NCBI GenBank assembly: GCA_963828735.1
Contig: CAWHFW010000005.1
Location: forward strand, 1,216,001 to 1,280,000
Length of the DNA: 64,000 bases
Direction of reading: 5' to 3'
Origin: an uncultured Gemmatimonadales bacterium
Lineage (GTDB): Bacteria; Gemmatimonadota; Gemmatimonadetes; Gemmatimonadales; GWC2-71-9
Position 1 is the stretch's first letter. Each line of letters starts with the position of its first letter. The translations under genes and the position numbers were made by a program. This document shows, in pieces, positions 40,551-50,775 of the stretch. The notes below the pieces were generated by a model, which was not told where the DNA came from, did no database searches, and saw only the letters and a list, made by a program, of their open reading frames with translations.

Positions 40551-40590
40551 AAAACGACAACGGGGGCGCGCCGATTGGCGCGCCCCCGTC
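40551..40590 (-). terminator. Terminator for the small minus-strand membrane-protein genes
   Basis: CGGGGGCGCGCC...GGCGCGCCCCCG stem, followed by TTGTCGTTTT on the minus strand. Confidence 0.75.
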
Positions 40591-40609
40591 GCAAGGCCCG
40601 ACTCGGTCG

Positions 40610-40831
40610 CTACGCGCGCCGAGCGCTCGTGGTGAGGAGCACGACCCCGCCGACGATGGCGAGCGCGCCGAGCAGCGGAGGCACCGGCAGCGATTCCTTC
40701 TTGTCGGCGCTCGCCTGGATCGGTCCGACGTCGATCACCTTCTCCTTGTGCGTGAACGAGAACCCGCCGAACGCGAGGCCCGCGATTCCCACGATGATGA
40801 GCAGAACGCCGACGATCGCCGCCGGCCTCAT
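40610..40831 (-). CDS. Small membrane protein (DUF3185-like)
   Basis: MRPAAIVGVLLIIVG...FTHKEKVIDVGPIQASADKKESLPVPP, 2 TMs. Confidence 0.75.
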   Translation of the reverse strand: MRPAAIVGVLLIIVGIAGLAFGGFSFTHKEKVIDVGPIQASADKKESLPVPPLLGALAIVGGVVLLTTSARRA

Positions 40832-40977
40832 ACGACTCGCCTGCCCTGGATGAGCTGGATGAGCGCGACGACGATGGCCACGACCAGCAGCACGTGAATG
40901 AAGCCACCGAGGGTGTAGGACGACACCATGCCCAGCAGCCACAGGACGAGCAGGATCACGAAGATGGTCCACAGCAT
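40828..40977 (-). CDS. lmo0937-family (DUF5670) small membrane protein
   Basis: MLWTIFVILLVLWLLG...GGFIHVLLVVAIVV. GGAGG RBS. Confidence 0.85.
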   Translation of the reverse strand: MLWTIFVILLVLWLLGMVSSYTLGGFIHVLLVVAIVVALIQLIQGRRVV

Positions 40978-41170
40978 GACAGCCTCCCCCTGGTTGGAGC
41001 CCGGACGCGCGAGGGCTCCGGCGCGGCCCGGTCGGGCCGCCATCTCTGCCTCGCGCCAGCACGCTGCAACGGAAAACCCGCCGGCAGAAGCCGACGCGGT
41101 CAGACAGTAGCAGCGAATGGGTTCGGGGCGCCGTGACAGCAGTCACGGGAGAACTGGGGTGGCGGTAACG

Positions 41171-41203
41171 CGACGGCCCGGCCGATGTCCGGCCGGGCCG
41201 TCG
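41171..41203 (-). terminator. Hairpin downstream of the S8 peptidase
   Basis: CGACGGCCCGGCCG-ATGTC-CGGCCGGGCCGTCG, a 14-bp perfect stem. Confidence 0.65.
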
Positions 41204-41221
41204 AGAATGTGCGAAATCGGT

Positions 41222-42703
41222 CTAGTGCACGCCGAGCGACGCCGCCACGTTGATGCGACCCTTGCCGTAGAACGGGTCGGTGCCCTTCTCGCCGAGGTCA
41301 TCGGCGCCCTTGATGATCGCATTCTTGAGCTGCACCGGACCGCTCACCCCTTCACTCGCGAGGGACGCGGCGAGCCCCGTGACGTGGGGCGCCGCCTGGC
41401 TGCTGCCCACGAAGCCGATCACCGGCAGGAACTGCGGCGGACACAGCAGCCCGATCGGGGGGGTGGTTGGAGTCGGCGTGTCCGGGCCGAAGTCGAGCGC
41501 CGTGGTCGAGCACGAGGACCAGACGGGCGTCAGATCGACCAGGTTCCCCTCCCCGTCGAGGATGACGTTGCCGCCCGGTGCGGCGACGGTGATCGCCGAC
41601 CGACCAAAATTGCTGAAGAACGAGGCGAACGCGTCGACGTTCACGAACGGTCCGAACGCGCTCTCGCCGGTGGGGCCGACTGCCGAGACGCACACGACGT
41701 GCGGCGCGTCGCAATAGGCCGAGAACGCGTTGGCGTTGTGGTCGAGGTCGCTGGCGTCGTTGCCGGCGGAAACCACGATCAGGACACCCTTCTGCTTCGC
41801 GTAGTTAAACGCGCGATTGATGACCGCGTTGAAGCCCTTGCCGTCCGACTTCGAGAAGGTGCCGCCCAGGCTCAGGTTGATCACCGAGACGCCGGCATCA
41901 GCGGCATACCGCATGCCGGCGAACACGGCGGCGGTGGGGCACATCGCGCGCATGTTGCAGACCTTCACCCCGACGAGCGTCGTCATGGACGTGATGCCGG
42001 CGGAGATGAATGCGTTGCTGCTCACCACGGTCCCAACGTGCGACCCGTGGCTGTGCAGGTCGGTAATCGGGTGGCGGCCGGGGCCGATGTACTTGAGGAC
42101 ACTGTCCGCCTCGTCGACGAAATCGACGGAACGGGCCAGATCGACGTGTCCGGCGAGATCGGGGTGCGTGTAGTCGAGGCCGCTATCCAGGATGGCGACC
42201 GAGGTGCTCGACGAGCCGAGCTTGCCCGCTGCCCACGCCGCGTCGGCATGCACCGAGATCATGTTCCACTGGATAGGAATCACCGAGAACAGGAACGCGC
42301 CGGTCGGATCGGTGGGGCTGTTGATCCGGTTGGCCCGCGGCTGGGTGGTCTTCACCGTCTTCGGCAGCTCGAGTTGGAGCACCGGCTCGATTTCCGCGGT
42401 CTCGGCCAGTCCGTCGCGCACCAGGCTCTGCGCCTCCGCGTCATCGAGCCCGCTCACCGCAGCGAAGCCCAGCTTGTCGTCCTGAAGACTCACCTTGCCG
42501 CCCAAGCTCTTGACCCGTGCCTCGAACGTGGCGGGCACCCCGGCCTTGAACGTGACGAGGTAGCGGGTGGTCTGAGCTTTGGCGCTGGCGGTGGAGAGCT
42601 GGGGCTGCTGAACGACGGGCGTGGGATCGGAGGTGTTGTCACACGCGGCGAGTCCTGCAAGGGCGACCGCGAGAGCCATGGCCCGGAGCGGATTAGACGG
42701 CAT
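41222..42703 (-). CDS. S8 (subtilisin-like) serine peptidase, lipoprotein
   Basis: Lipobox LAAC, I9-like propeptide, ILDSG, HGSHV, SAGN, GSSQAAPHV. Confidence 0.9.
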   Translation of the reverse strand: MPSNPLRAMALAVALAGLAACDNTSDPTPVVQQPQLSTASAKAQTTRYLVTFKAGVPATFEARVKSLGGKVSLQDDKLGFAAVSGLDDAEAQSLVRDGLAETAEIEPVLQLELPKTVKTTQPRANRINSPTDPTGAFLFSVIPIQWNMISVHADAAWAAGKLGSSSTSVAILDSGLDYTHPDLAGHVDLARSVDFVDEADSVLKYIGPGRHPITDLHSHGSHVGTVVSSNAFISAGITSMTTLVGVKVCNMRAMCPTAAVFAGMRYAADAGVSVINLSLGGTFSKSDGKGFNAVINRAFNYAKQKGVLIVVSAGNDASDLDHNANAFSAYCDAPHVVCVSAVGPTGESAFGPFVNVDAFASFFSNFGRSAITVAAPGGNVILDGEGNLVDLTPVWSSCSTTALDFGPDTPTPTTPPIGLLCPPQFLPVIGFVGSSQAAPHVTGLAASLASEGVSGPVQLKNAIIKGADDLGEKGTDPFYGKGRINVAASLGVH

Positions 42704-42961
42704 ACGAGCTCACTTGAGGAAGGTGGACAGCGAACGCGCGACACCGGTGAGCGGGGGCGCGGCTTGCGATGCGGTGAAAGATGATGAGGGGACCCGACCT
42801 ACTTCGATGGCTCAGGCAATGGACCGCCAAACTTGACGGGAGGCGGAGGCGTTCGCAAGCAGCCAGGATGCAACGTGCATGCAAGACTTTGCGCTGGACG
42901 ACCCCGGCACCTCTCGATACCTTCCGGCAACGCTTCCGCCCCCTCTCCATCACGGACTCCC

Positions 42962-45154
42962 ATGGCGACCACGACCGGCCCGATCCCCACGTCCGCCGCC
43001 CCCTCGTACACCCCGTTCGTACCTGCCGAGACGTCGCCCGCCGAGCTGACGGCCCGCGCCTTGATCCTCGGGGCGCTTCTCGGGCTCGTGTTCGCGGCGT
43101 CGAGTGTGTACCTCGCGCTCAAGATCGGTCTGACGGTGTCCGCCTCGATTCCGATCGCGGTGCTCTCGGTGGCCTTCTTCCGGACCCTCGGCCGCTCGAC
43201 GATCCTGGAGAACAACATCGTCCAGACCACCGGCTCGGCCGGCGAATCCATCGCCGCCGGGATCGTGTTCACCCTTCCCGCCATCCTGCTCATGGGCTAT
43301 GACCTGAGCATCGGCAAGGTCGCGATCGTGGCTGTGGTGGGCGGCGTGATGGGGATCCTGCTCATGATTCCGCTGCGCCGAGCGCTGATCGTGAAGGAGC
43401 ACGGCCAGCTCACCTACCCCGAGGGCACCGCCTGTGCCGAAGTGCTGGTCGCCGGGGAGCAGGGCGGCCTCCAGGCGCGGCGGCTGTTCCAGGCGTTCGG
43501 AATCGCCTTCGTGTACAAGTTCCTGATGTCGGGGCTCAAGGCGTGGAAGGAATATCCCGGCTGGGTGTCGAGCGGCTACAAGGGCGCATCCATCTCCGCC
43601 GAGGTGTCGCCCGAACTGCTGGGCGTCGGGTACATCATCGGACCTCGCATCGCCGGCTATCTGTTCTCGGGCGGGTGCCTCGCGTATCTGGTGCTCATCC
43701 CGGCGATCAAGCTGTTCGGCAGCGGCCTGACCAAGCCGATCTTCGCCGAAACCAAGCTGATCGCCGACATGAGCCCCGGCGAGGTTCGGGCCAATTTCGT
43801 GTTCTACATCGGCGCCGGCGCGGTGGCCTCGGCCGGCATCATCGCCCTCATCCGGGCGCTGCCCACGATCATCTCCGCCTTTCGCAGCGGATTCCAGGAC
43901 CTCAGGGGCAGCCTGGGTGACGCCACCCCGCGCCTTCGGACGGACCTCGACCTCCCGGTCTGGGTGACGCTGGTCGGGGCCGTGGCGCTGGCCCTCCTGC
44001 TCACCGCGCTGCCGCAGCTCGCCGTCAACCTGCTCGGCGCGATCCTGATCGTGGTGTTCGGTTTCTTCTTCGTCGTGGTCTCGTCGCGCATCACCGGCGA
44101 GATCGGTGTCAGCGCAAACCCGGTCTCGGGCATGACCATCGCGGCATTGATCGGCACTACGGCGATCTTCCTCCTCATCGGCTGGACCGGGGTGGACCAC
44201 CGCGTGGGTGCGATCTCGATCGCGGGCGTCATCGCGGTCGCCGCGAGCAACGCAGGCGCCACGAGCCAGGACCTCAAGACGGGCTTCCTCGTAGGCGCGA
44301 CCCCGCGGCGTCAGCAGCTCGCGATCATCGTCGGCGCGGTCACTTCCGCGCTCGCCGTGGGCTGGACCCTCACGCTCCTCAACAACACGTATACGACGAT
44401 CGTGCCGGAGCACCATCCGGGCGTCACGCTCGAGGCGTCGGCGCCGGACGCCCGGACGCGGTCGGTCACGACGCTGGGCGAGCGGATGAGCCACGGCGGA
44501 CAGGAGTACGAGGTGGTGCGGGTGAACCTGCCGACGCAGGGCGTTCAGCCGGGCAAGTACCTGGTGAACCCGTCCACCCGAGAGGTGGCGTTCCTGGTCG
44601 ACCCTGGCATCGGTGGTCGCATTCGCGAGCTGGATGGCCGGCCGATCACCAAGCTCGATTCCCCCAAGGCGACCATCATGGCGCTCGTCACCGACGGCAT
44701 CCTGACGCAGAAGCTGCCGTGGGGACTCGTGCTGATCGGCGTGTTCCTGACGTTGAGCATCGAGATCATGGGACTTCAGTCCCTGCCCATCGCTGTGGGC
44801 GTGTATCTCCCGATCTCCACCTCCTCCGCGATGTTCGCGGGCGGGGTGGTCCGGTGGCTGGTGGAGCGGCGCGCGCGCGGCGGGGCCCGCACGATCGCCG
44901 AGGTCGAGTCCGGGCCTGGCGTGCTGTTCTCGAGCGGCCTCATCGCCGGCGGCGCCCTCGCGGGCATCGCGATCGCCGGCGTGGCGGCCGCGCTGGTCAG
45001 GCGGGCGGATGCGGCGCAGGTGCCGGCCGCGGATTACCTGGCCCACGTCGCGGGGCTGCAGGGCGCCCTGGGCTCCGTCGCAAACAACGATCTCGTGGCG
45101 CTGGCGGTGTTCGCAGGCATGGCTGCCGTGCTCTACCGCGTCGCGAGCCGTTGA
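42962..45154 (+). CDS. OPT-family oligopeptide transporter
   Basis: YLALKIGLTVSASIP, ILENNIVQT, YPEGTACAEVL, SQDLKTG, SPKA. Confidence 0.92.
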   Translation: MATTTGPIPTSAAPSYTPFVPAETSPAELTARALILGALLGLVFAASSVYLALKIGLTVSASIPIAVLSVAFFRTLGRSTILENNIVQTTGSAGESIAAGIVFTLPAILLMGYDLSIGKVAIVAVVGGVMGILLMIPLRRALIVKEHGQLTYPEGTACAEVLVAGEQGGLQARRLFQAFGIAFVYKFLMSGLKAWKEYPGWVSSGYKGASISAEVSPELLGVGYIIGPRIAGYLFSGGCLAYLVLIPAIKLFGSGLTKPIFAETKLIADMSPGEVRANFVFYIGAGAVASAGIIALIRALPTIISAFRSGFQDLRGSLGDATPRLRTDLDLPVWVTLVGAVALALLLTALPQLAVNLLGAILIVVFGFFFVVVSSRITGEIGVSANPVSGMTIAALIGTTAIFLLIGWTGVDHRVGAISIAGVIAVAASNAGATSQDLKTGFLVGATPRRQQLAIIVGAVTSALAVGWTLTLLNNTYTTIVPEHHPGVTLEASAPDARTRSVTTLGERMSHGGQEYEVVRVNLPTQGVQPGKYLVNPSTREVAFLVDPGIGGRIRELDGRPITKLDSPKATIMALVTDGILTQKLPWGLVLIGVFLTLSIEIMGLQSLPIAVGVYLPISTSSAMFAGGVVRWLVERRARGGARTIAEVESGPGVLFSSGLIAGGALAGIAIAGVAAALVRRADAAQVPAADYLAHVAGLQGALGSVANNDLVALAVFAGMAAVLYRVASR

Positions 45155-45157
45155 CCG

Positions 45158-45580
45158 ATGCCCCAGCAGGAACCCATCTCCCCGACGATCCGCGGGCGCA
45201 TCATCCACGGCGCCCTGGTGCTCGGGGTGCTGCTGTTCTGGGTGCTGGCCTGGGCGATCAGCGATCGATCGCTCCCCTCGGGCGCGCTCCCCGATCGGCG
45301 TGCGCTCTACATCGGGCTCGCGCTCCTGAGCGCCACCATGTTCGGCGCGGCGGCATTCATGGTCGGCCGCCTGCAGCCACCCTCGCGGGGCGCGTCGGAG
45401 GATGATTGGTGGCGCGCGAATCTCGGGCAGGCGATCGCCGCCTGGGCGCTGGTGGAGGCGCCGACCCTGCTCGGGCTCGTGGCCTACACCCTGACGCGCG
45501 ATTTCCGCACGCTGCTGGCGCCCTTCATCGGCCTGCTGCTCTTCGCCAACTACAACCCGCGTCGCCTGACCGAGCGCTGA
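45158..45580 (+). CDS. Hypothetical membrane protein
   Basis: About 4 TM segments, tightly packed in the operon. Confidence 0.7.
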   Translation: MPQQEPISPTIRGRIIHGALVLGVLLFWVLAWAISDRSLPSGALPDRRALYIGLALLSATMFGAAAFMVGRLQPPSRGASEDDWWRANLGQAIAAWALVEAPTLLGLVAYTLTRDFRTLLAPFIGLLLFANYNPRRLTER

Positions 45581-46467
45581 TGCAGGTGGTCACCCTGCTC
45601 CCGGGCGCCACCGAGATCGTCGCGGCACTGGGCGGAGGCGGTCTCCTCGCGGCCGTCTCCCACGAGTGCGATTACCCCGAGTGGGTCCGACGGCTGCCGC
45701 GCGTCACCTCCACGCCGCTCAACCCGTCGTTGCCCGGCGCGGAAATCGATGCCGAGGTGCGCCGCCTGCGCGACGCCGGACGGGCGGTGATCGCGGTGGA
45801 CGCCGAGGCGCTCGAGAGGCTCGCGCCCGATCTCGTGATCACCCAGGACCTCTGCGAGGTATGCGCGGTGGCGGACGGAGCCGTGCATCGCCTCGCGGAC
45901 GCGCTGGCCCGGCCGCCCGCGGTCCTGGCGCTCACCGGGCGCACGGTCGCGGGCGTGATGGACGACGTGCGGCGCGTCGCCCGCGCACTCGACCTCGTGG
46001 ACGCGGGGGAGGAGCTCGTCACGAGGCTTCGCAGCCGGCTCGCGCGACTGGCCGACGCCTCCCCCGCCAAGCGACCGCGTGTTCTCTGCATCGAATGGCT
46101 CGAGCCATTGTACGTCGCGGGACACTGGGTGCCGGAGCTGGTAGAGGCGGCGGGCGGCCTCGACGTCGGCGCGCGACCGGGAGCCCACTCGGCCCGGACC
46201 ACCTGGGAGGCCGCCGCCGAGCTTCGTCCGGATCTCATCGTCGTCATGCTGTGCGGTTTCGGCGTGGAGCGCTCGCGGCAGGAGCTCGACCGGCTCGAGG
46301 TCCCGGCCGCCGCGCGACTCCTCGAATCGGTCCCGGTATGGCTGCTGGACGGGAACGCCTACACGTCGAGGCCCGGGCCGAGGATCGTGGAGGGAGCGGA
46401 GCGCCTGCGGGCGGCGATGGTAGGTGAGGAGCGCGCGGGACTCGAGCGCTGGCGGTCGAGAGGGTGA
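45580..46467 (+). CDS. BtuF/TroA-like (cobalamin-binding-type) substrate-binding protein, no signal peptide
   Basis: [45 protein letters not shown]. Confidence 0.8.
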   Translation: MQVVTLLPGATEIVAALGGGGLLAAVSHECDYPEWVRRLPRVTSTPLNPSLPGAEIDAEVRRLRDAGRAVIAVDAEALERLAPDLVITQDLCEVCAVADGAVHRLADALARPPAVLALTGRTVAGVMDDVRRVARALDLVDAGEELVTRLRSRLARLADASPAKRPRVLCIEWLEPLYVAGHWVPELVEAAGGLDVGARPGAHSARTTWEAAAELRPDLIVVMLCGFGVERSRQELDRLEVPAAARLLESVPVWLLDGNAYTSRPGPRIVEGAERLRAAMVGEERAGLERWRSRG

Positions 46468-46946
46468 CAGTCTCGATCCAGCCGGCCCTCAGTGGTCCGG
46501 CGCTCGACGAGGTCCGGGAGCTGCTCGAAGAGTACGCAGCGGCGCTCGGCGTCGATCTCGGCTTTCAGGGCTTCGCCGAGGAGCTGGCCGGGCTTCCGGG
46601 GGACTACGCGCCGCCGAGCGGATGCCTCCTCCTCGGCCGCGTAGGCGACCGCTCGGCCGGGTGCGTCGCGCTGAGGCCGATGGACACTGGGGTGTGCGAA
46701 ATGAAACGTCTGTACGTCAGGCCCGAGGCTCGAGGGACCGGCCTCGGCAGGCACCTCGCGGAGGCCGCATTGGAGAGGGCCCGCGCTCGCGGCTATACGG
46801 CGGTCCGGCTCGACACGCTGCCGACCATGACGACGGCTCGCACCCTCTACCGCTCGCTGGGATTCCGCCCGATCCCGCCCTATCGGCACAACCCCGTTCC
46901 GGGTGCGGAATTCCTCGAGTTGACCCTCCGCGCGGGACAGGGGTAG
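46464..46946 (+). CDS. GNAT-family acetyltransferase
   Basis: [33 protein letters not shown]. Confidence 0.9.
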   Translation: MTVSIQPALSGPALDEVRELLEEYAAALGVDLGFQGFAEELAGLPGDYAPPSGCLLLGRVGDRSAGCVALRPMDTGVCEMKRLYVRPEARGTGLGRHLAEAALERARARGYTAVRLDTLPTMTTARTLYRSLGFRPIPPYRHNPVPGAEFLELTLRAGQG

Positions 46947-46996
46947 ACAAGCGCGCACATGGCCGCGACCTTTGTCGCTCTTCCACCTCCAGGACC

Positions 46997-48070
46997 ATGA
47001 CGCCCGAGTCGCTCGCGTTTCTGAAGTCACTGCTCGATACGCCCGGCCCGTCCGCGTTCGAGGCTGCCCCGGCGCGCGTCTGGCGCGCCGAGGCGGAACG
47101 ATTCGCCAGCGACGTCCGCGTGGACGTGGCCGGCAACTCGTTCGCCACGCTCAACGGCCAGGGCCGCCCGCGGGTGATGTTCGCGGGGCACATCGACGAG
47201 ATCGGCGTGATGGTGACCCACCTCGACGACGACGGCTTCGTCAGCTTCGACACGATCGGCGGTTGGGACCACCAGGTCTTCGTCGGGCAGCGGGTGCGTC
47301 TCCTGGGGCGCCAGGGACCGGTTCCGGGCGTGGTCGGGAAGAAGGCGATCCACATCATGGACAAGGACGATCGCGAGAAAGTGTCCAAGGTGGAGGACCT
47401 CTGGATCGACATCGGCGCCACGAGCCGCGCCGAGGCGGAGCAGCAGCTCCGGATCGGCGACCCGGGTGTGCTTGCGGCCGGCGTGCTCGAGTTCCCCAAC
47501 GGCCGCCTGGTGAGCCGGTCCATCGACAACCGCATCGGCGCCTTCGTGGTGCTCGAGGCCCTGCGACTGCTCGCGGCGGACACCGGTCACGCGGGCGCGG
47601 CCGTGACCGCCGTGGCGACGACACGGGAGGAGATCGCCGCGACGGGCGGCGGGGCCCGCTCGTCGGCGGCGATGCTCGAGCCCGACGTGGCCATCGTGAT
47701 CGACGTGACGCACGCGACCGACTATCCCGGCATCGACAAGCGCAAGCATGGCGACTACCGCCTCGGCGGCGGGCCCGTCCTGTCGCGCGGCGCGTCCGTG
47801 AGCGAGGTGGTCTTCGAGCGCCTCGCGGCGGCGGCTGAGGCCGAGGGGATACCCTACTCCATCGAAGCCGCCTCGCGCGACACGCACACCGACGCCGAGG
47901 CGATCTTCAATGCGCACCGGGGAGTGGCCACGGCCCTGGTCTCGGTGCCGAACCGCTACATGCACAGTCCCAACGAGATGATCGCGCTCGAGGACCTGGA
48001 CCGTACCGCCAGGCTCCTCGCCGCGTTCGTCCGCCGTCTCACCTCCGACACGGACTTCGTGCCGCGCTGA
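46997..48070 (+). CDS. M42-family aminopeptidase
   Basis: GHIDEIG, DNRIG, REEI, IDVTH, RYMHSPNE. Confidence 0.92.
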   Translation: MTPESLAFLKSLLDTPGPSAFEAAPARVWRAEAERFASDVRVDVAGNSFATLNGQGRPRVMFAGHIDEIGVMVTHLDDDGFVSFDTIGGWDHQVFVGQRVRLLGRQGPVPGVVGKKAIHIMDKDDREKVSKVEDLWIDIGATSRAEAEQQLRIGDPGVLAAGVLEFPNGRLVSRSIDNRIGAFVVLEALRLLAADTGHAGAAVTAVATTREEIAATGGGARSSAAMLEPDVAIVIDVTHATDYPGIDKRKHGDYRLGGGPVLSRGASVSEVVFERLAAAAEAEGIPYSIEAASRDTHTDAEAIFNAHRGVATALVSVPNRYMHSPNEMIALEDLDRTARLLAAFVRRLTSDTDFVPR

Positions 48071-48095
48071 GCGCGGCGTGATAATTTTCGATCGT

Positions 48096-49415
48096 ATGGC
48101 CGCACAACGCAGGCTCTCCGGTCTCGCCGTCCTCCTGGCCCTGACCGCCACACCGCTCGGCGCCCAGCAGATGGGTACCGCGACGCACGACGTGGTGCGC
48201 CCGGTGCCGCCGCCGGTGATGCCAATCGACGACATACGCTTCCTGAGCGACGACCGGCTGGGCGGGCGGCTCACCGGCAGCCCTGGCGCGGACACCGCTG
48301 CGGCGTACCTCGCCCGCCGGTTCATGGCGGTGGGACTGCAGCAGGCGGCGGGCGGATGGTTTCAGAGCTTCCCCATCTCGCGCGACGCGCCGGCGGCGCA
48401 GAACGCGCACGTCGGCGGGCTCATCGGCCGCAACGTGATCGGCCTGCTCCCGGGCCGCGATCCGGTCCTCCGGAACGAGACGGTCATCGTCGGCGCGCAC
48501 TATGACCATCTCGGTCTCGGCGGGTTCGGCAGCCTCGACCCGGACAGCACGGGAAAGGTCCACAACGGCGCCGACGACAACGCCTCCGGGTCAGCGATGC
48601 TGGTCGAGATCGCGCAGCGGCTGGCGGTCGCACCGCCGGCCCGCACGGTCGTGTTCATCGCGTTCAGCGGCGAGGAGCTCGGTCTGCTGGGCTCGGCATA
48701 CTACGTGAAGCAGCCGATCTACCCGCTCGCGACCACTCTGGCGATGATCAATCTCGACATGGTGGGCCGCCTCCGTCAGAAACGCCTCATCGTGTACGGC
48801 TCGCGCACCGCGAAGGAGTTCCCCGCGCTGCTCGACTCGCTCAACTGGTACGCTGGGTTCGACCTGAAGGCCCAGGGCGACGGGTACGGACCGAGCGACC
48901 AGTCCTCGTTCTACGCGGCCGGCCGGCCGGTGCTGCACTTCTTCACCGACCTCCACGAGGACTATCACCGGACCACCGACGACTGGCAGAAGATCAACGT
49001 CGAGGGCTTCGGCCAGGTCGCCACCTTCGTGACCGGCCTGGTAACCGCGCTGGCCAACCGCCCCGGACCACTCACCCTGATGCCCGCTGCGTCCCAGATG
49101 TCGGCGAGCACGGAGTCGACGATGGCGGGGACCGCGCTGGCGGGCTACGGGGCGTACCTGGGCACGGTCCCCGACATGACTGACAGTCCGGGCGGCGTAC
49201 GCCTGCTCGGGGTTCGCGCGGGTAGCCCGGCCGAAAAGGCGGGACTCCGTGGCGATGACATCATCACGAAGATCGGGGACATGAACGTGCCCGACCTGGA
49301 GGCCATGGCTCAGGCGCTCCGGAGCCACCACCCCGGCGACACGGTGGAAATCGTCGTTCGACGCGGCACCGCGACGACGACGCTCCGTGCCACGCTCGGC
49401 GAGCGGGGGGGATGA
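48096..49415 (+). CDS. M28-family peptidase with C-terminal PDZ domain
   Basis: GAHYDH, GADDNASG, GEELG, NLDMVG, SDQ, DYH. PDZ: YLGTVPD...SPAEKAGL..DDII. Confidence 0.9.
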   Translation: MAAQRRLSGLAVLLALTATPLGAQQMGTATHDVVRPVPPPVMPIDDIRFLSDDRLGGRLTGSPGADTAAAYLARRFMAVGLQQAAGGWFQSFPISRDAPAAQNAHVGGLIGRNVIGLLPGRDPVLRNETVIVGAHYDHLGLGGFGSLDPDSTGKVHNGADDNASGSAMLVEIAQRLAVAPPARTVVFIAFSGEELGLLGSAYYVKQPIYPLATTLAMINLDMVGRLRQKRLIVYGSRTAKEFPALLDSLNWYAGFDLKAQGDGYGPSDQSSFYAAGRPVLHFFTDLHEDYHRTTDDWQKINVEGFGQVATFVTGLVTALANRPGPLTLMPAASQMSASTESTMAGTALAGYGAYLGTVPDMTDSPGGVRLLGVRAGSPAEKAGLRGDDIITKIGDMNVPDLEAMAQALRSHHPGDTVEIVVRRGTATTTLRATLGERGG

Positions 49416-49873
49416 GCGTGCCGGTGCTCGATGCCGATCGGGTGATCGCGGCCCTCCGAGGCGCGTTCGCTCGCGACGCGGGACGGGTGGAGCTGCTGGG
49501 ACTCGCGGCCGAGAAGATCCGGACTGCCGGTGCGCCCTACACCTCGGTCTATCTCTACATGCTGCATGGCGAAGAGCTGGTGCTCGAGGCCTTCGCTGGG
49601 CGAGACACGGAGCACACGCGGATCCCCGTGGGTCACGGGGTATGCGGCACCGCCGTAGCCACGGGACAGGACCAGAACGTCCCCGACGTGCGCGCCGTCT
49701 CGAACTACATCGCCTGCAACACGTGGACGCGCTCCGAGCTCGTCGTGCTGATCCGCCGCGGCGCCACGATCCTGGGACAGATCGACGTGGACAGCGACGT
49801 CCCGGATCCGTTCACGCCCGACGAGGAGGCGGCGGTCCGGAAGGTCGCGGACGCCCTGGCCGTCCTGCTCTGA
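49412..49873 (+). CDS. GAF-domain protein, free methionine-(R)-sulfoxide reductase-like
   Basis: GHGVCGTAV, NYIAC, SELVV, QIDVDS. Confidence 0.8.
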   Translation: MSVPVLDADRVIAALRGAFARDAGRVELLGLAAEKIRTAGAPYTSVYLYMLHGEELVLEAFAGRDTEHTRIPVGHGVCGTAVATGQDQNVPDVRAVSNYIACNTWTRSELVVLIRRGATILGQIDVDSDVPDPFTPDEEAAVRKVADALAVLL

Positions 49874-49875
49874 CC

Positions 49876-50775
49876 ATGCGCGCGTGGTCGTCCGCCCGGT
49901 TCACGATCGCCCTGCCCGACGGCCATCGATTCCCCATCGCCAAGTACGCCCGTCTCCGCGAGGAGGTCGTCGCGCGAGGACTGCTGCCCGCCCACGCGAT
50001 CGAGGAGCCCGACCGCGCGGACCGCTGGGCGCTCGAGCTCGTGCACACGCCGCGGTACGTGGACGCGGTACTCGAAGGATCGCTCACGGCGGCCGAGGTG
50101 CGGCGACTGGGCTTTCCCTGGAGTCCCGAGCTCCGCGAGCGTTCGCTCCACACCGTCCAGGGGACCGTCGAAGCGGCGCGCGACGCCCTGGACCATGGGC
50201 TCGGGATCAATCTTGCCGGCGGGACGCACCACGCCTTTCCGGACCACGGCGAGGGATTCTGCGTGCTCAACGACGTCGCGATCGCGATCCGGGTGCTGCA
50301 GCGCGAGGGACGGATCACTAATGCCGCGGTGGTGGATCTCGACGTCCATCAGGGGAACGGGACGGCCGTGGTCTTCGCCGGCGACCCTGACGTGTTCACG
50401 TTCTCCATGCACGGCTCGGGAAACTATCCGTTCCGGAAGGAGCGCAGCACGCTCGACGTGGAGCTGGACGACGGCTGCGAAGACGTGGAGTACCTGGAGG
50501 CGCTGGAGACGCACCTCGGGCCGGCCCTCGACGCCGCGCGGCCGGAACTGGTCTTCTATCTCGGCGGCGCCGACCCCTTCCTGCACGATCGCTTCGGCCG
50601 GCTCGGGCTGAGCATGCCGGGACTCGGCGCTCGCGACCGCCTGACGTTCGCCGCGATCCGCCGGCGGGGCATTCCTTTGGTGGTCACGATGGCGGGCGGC
50701 TATGCGCGACGGCTCGAGGATGTGGTCACCATTCAGGCGGACATGGTCGGTGCCGCGCTCGCCGCGTATGGGTGA
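49876..50775 (+). CDS. Histone deacetylase-family protein
   Basis: HRFPIAKY, GGTHHA, GFCVLND, DLDVHQGNGT, GGGY-like AGGY. Confidence 0.92.
   Translation: MRAWSSARFTIALPDGHRFPIAKYARLREEVVARGLLPAHAIEEPDRADRWALELVHTPRYVDAVLEGSLTAAEVRRLGFPWSPELRERSLHTVQGTVEAARDALDHGLGINLAGGTHHAFPDHGEGFCVLNDVAIAIRVLQREGRITNAAVVDLDVHQGNGTAVVFAGDPDVFTFSMHGSGNYPFRKERSTLDVELDDGCEDVEYLEALETHLGPALDAARPELVFYLGGADPFLHDRFGRLGLSMPGLGARDRLTFAAIRRRGIPLVVTMAGGYARRLEDVVTIQADMVGAALAAYG

Noticed and set aside
42815..42885. Sigma-54-like elements upstream of the S8 peptidase (minus strand)
   Set aside because: One has GG-N9-GC spacing and the other lacks the invariant GG (TTGCAT-N5-TTGCA).
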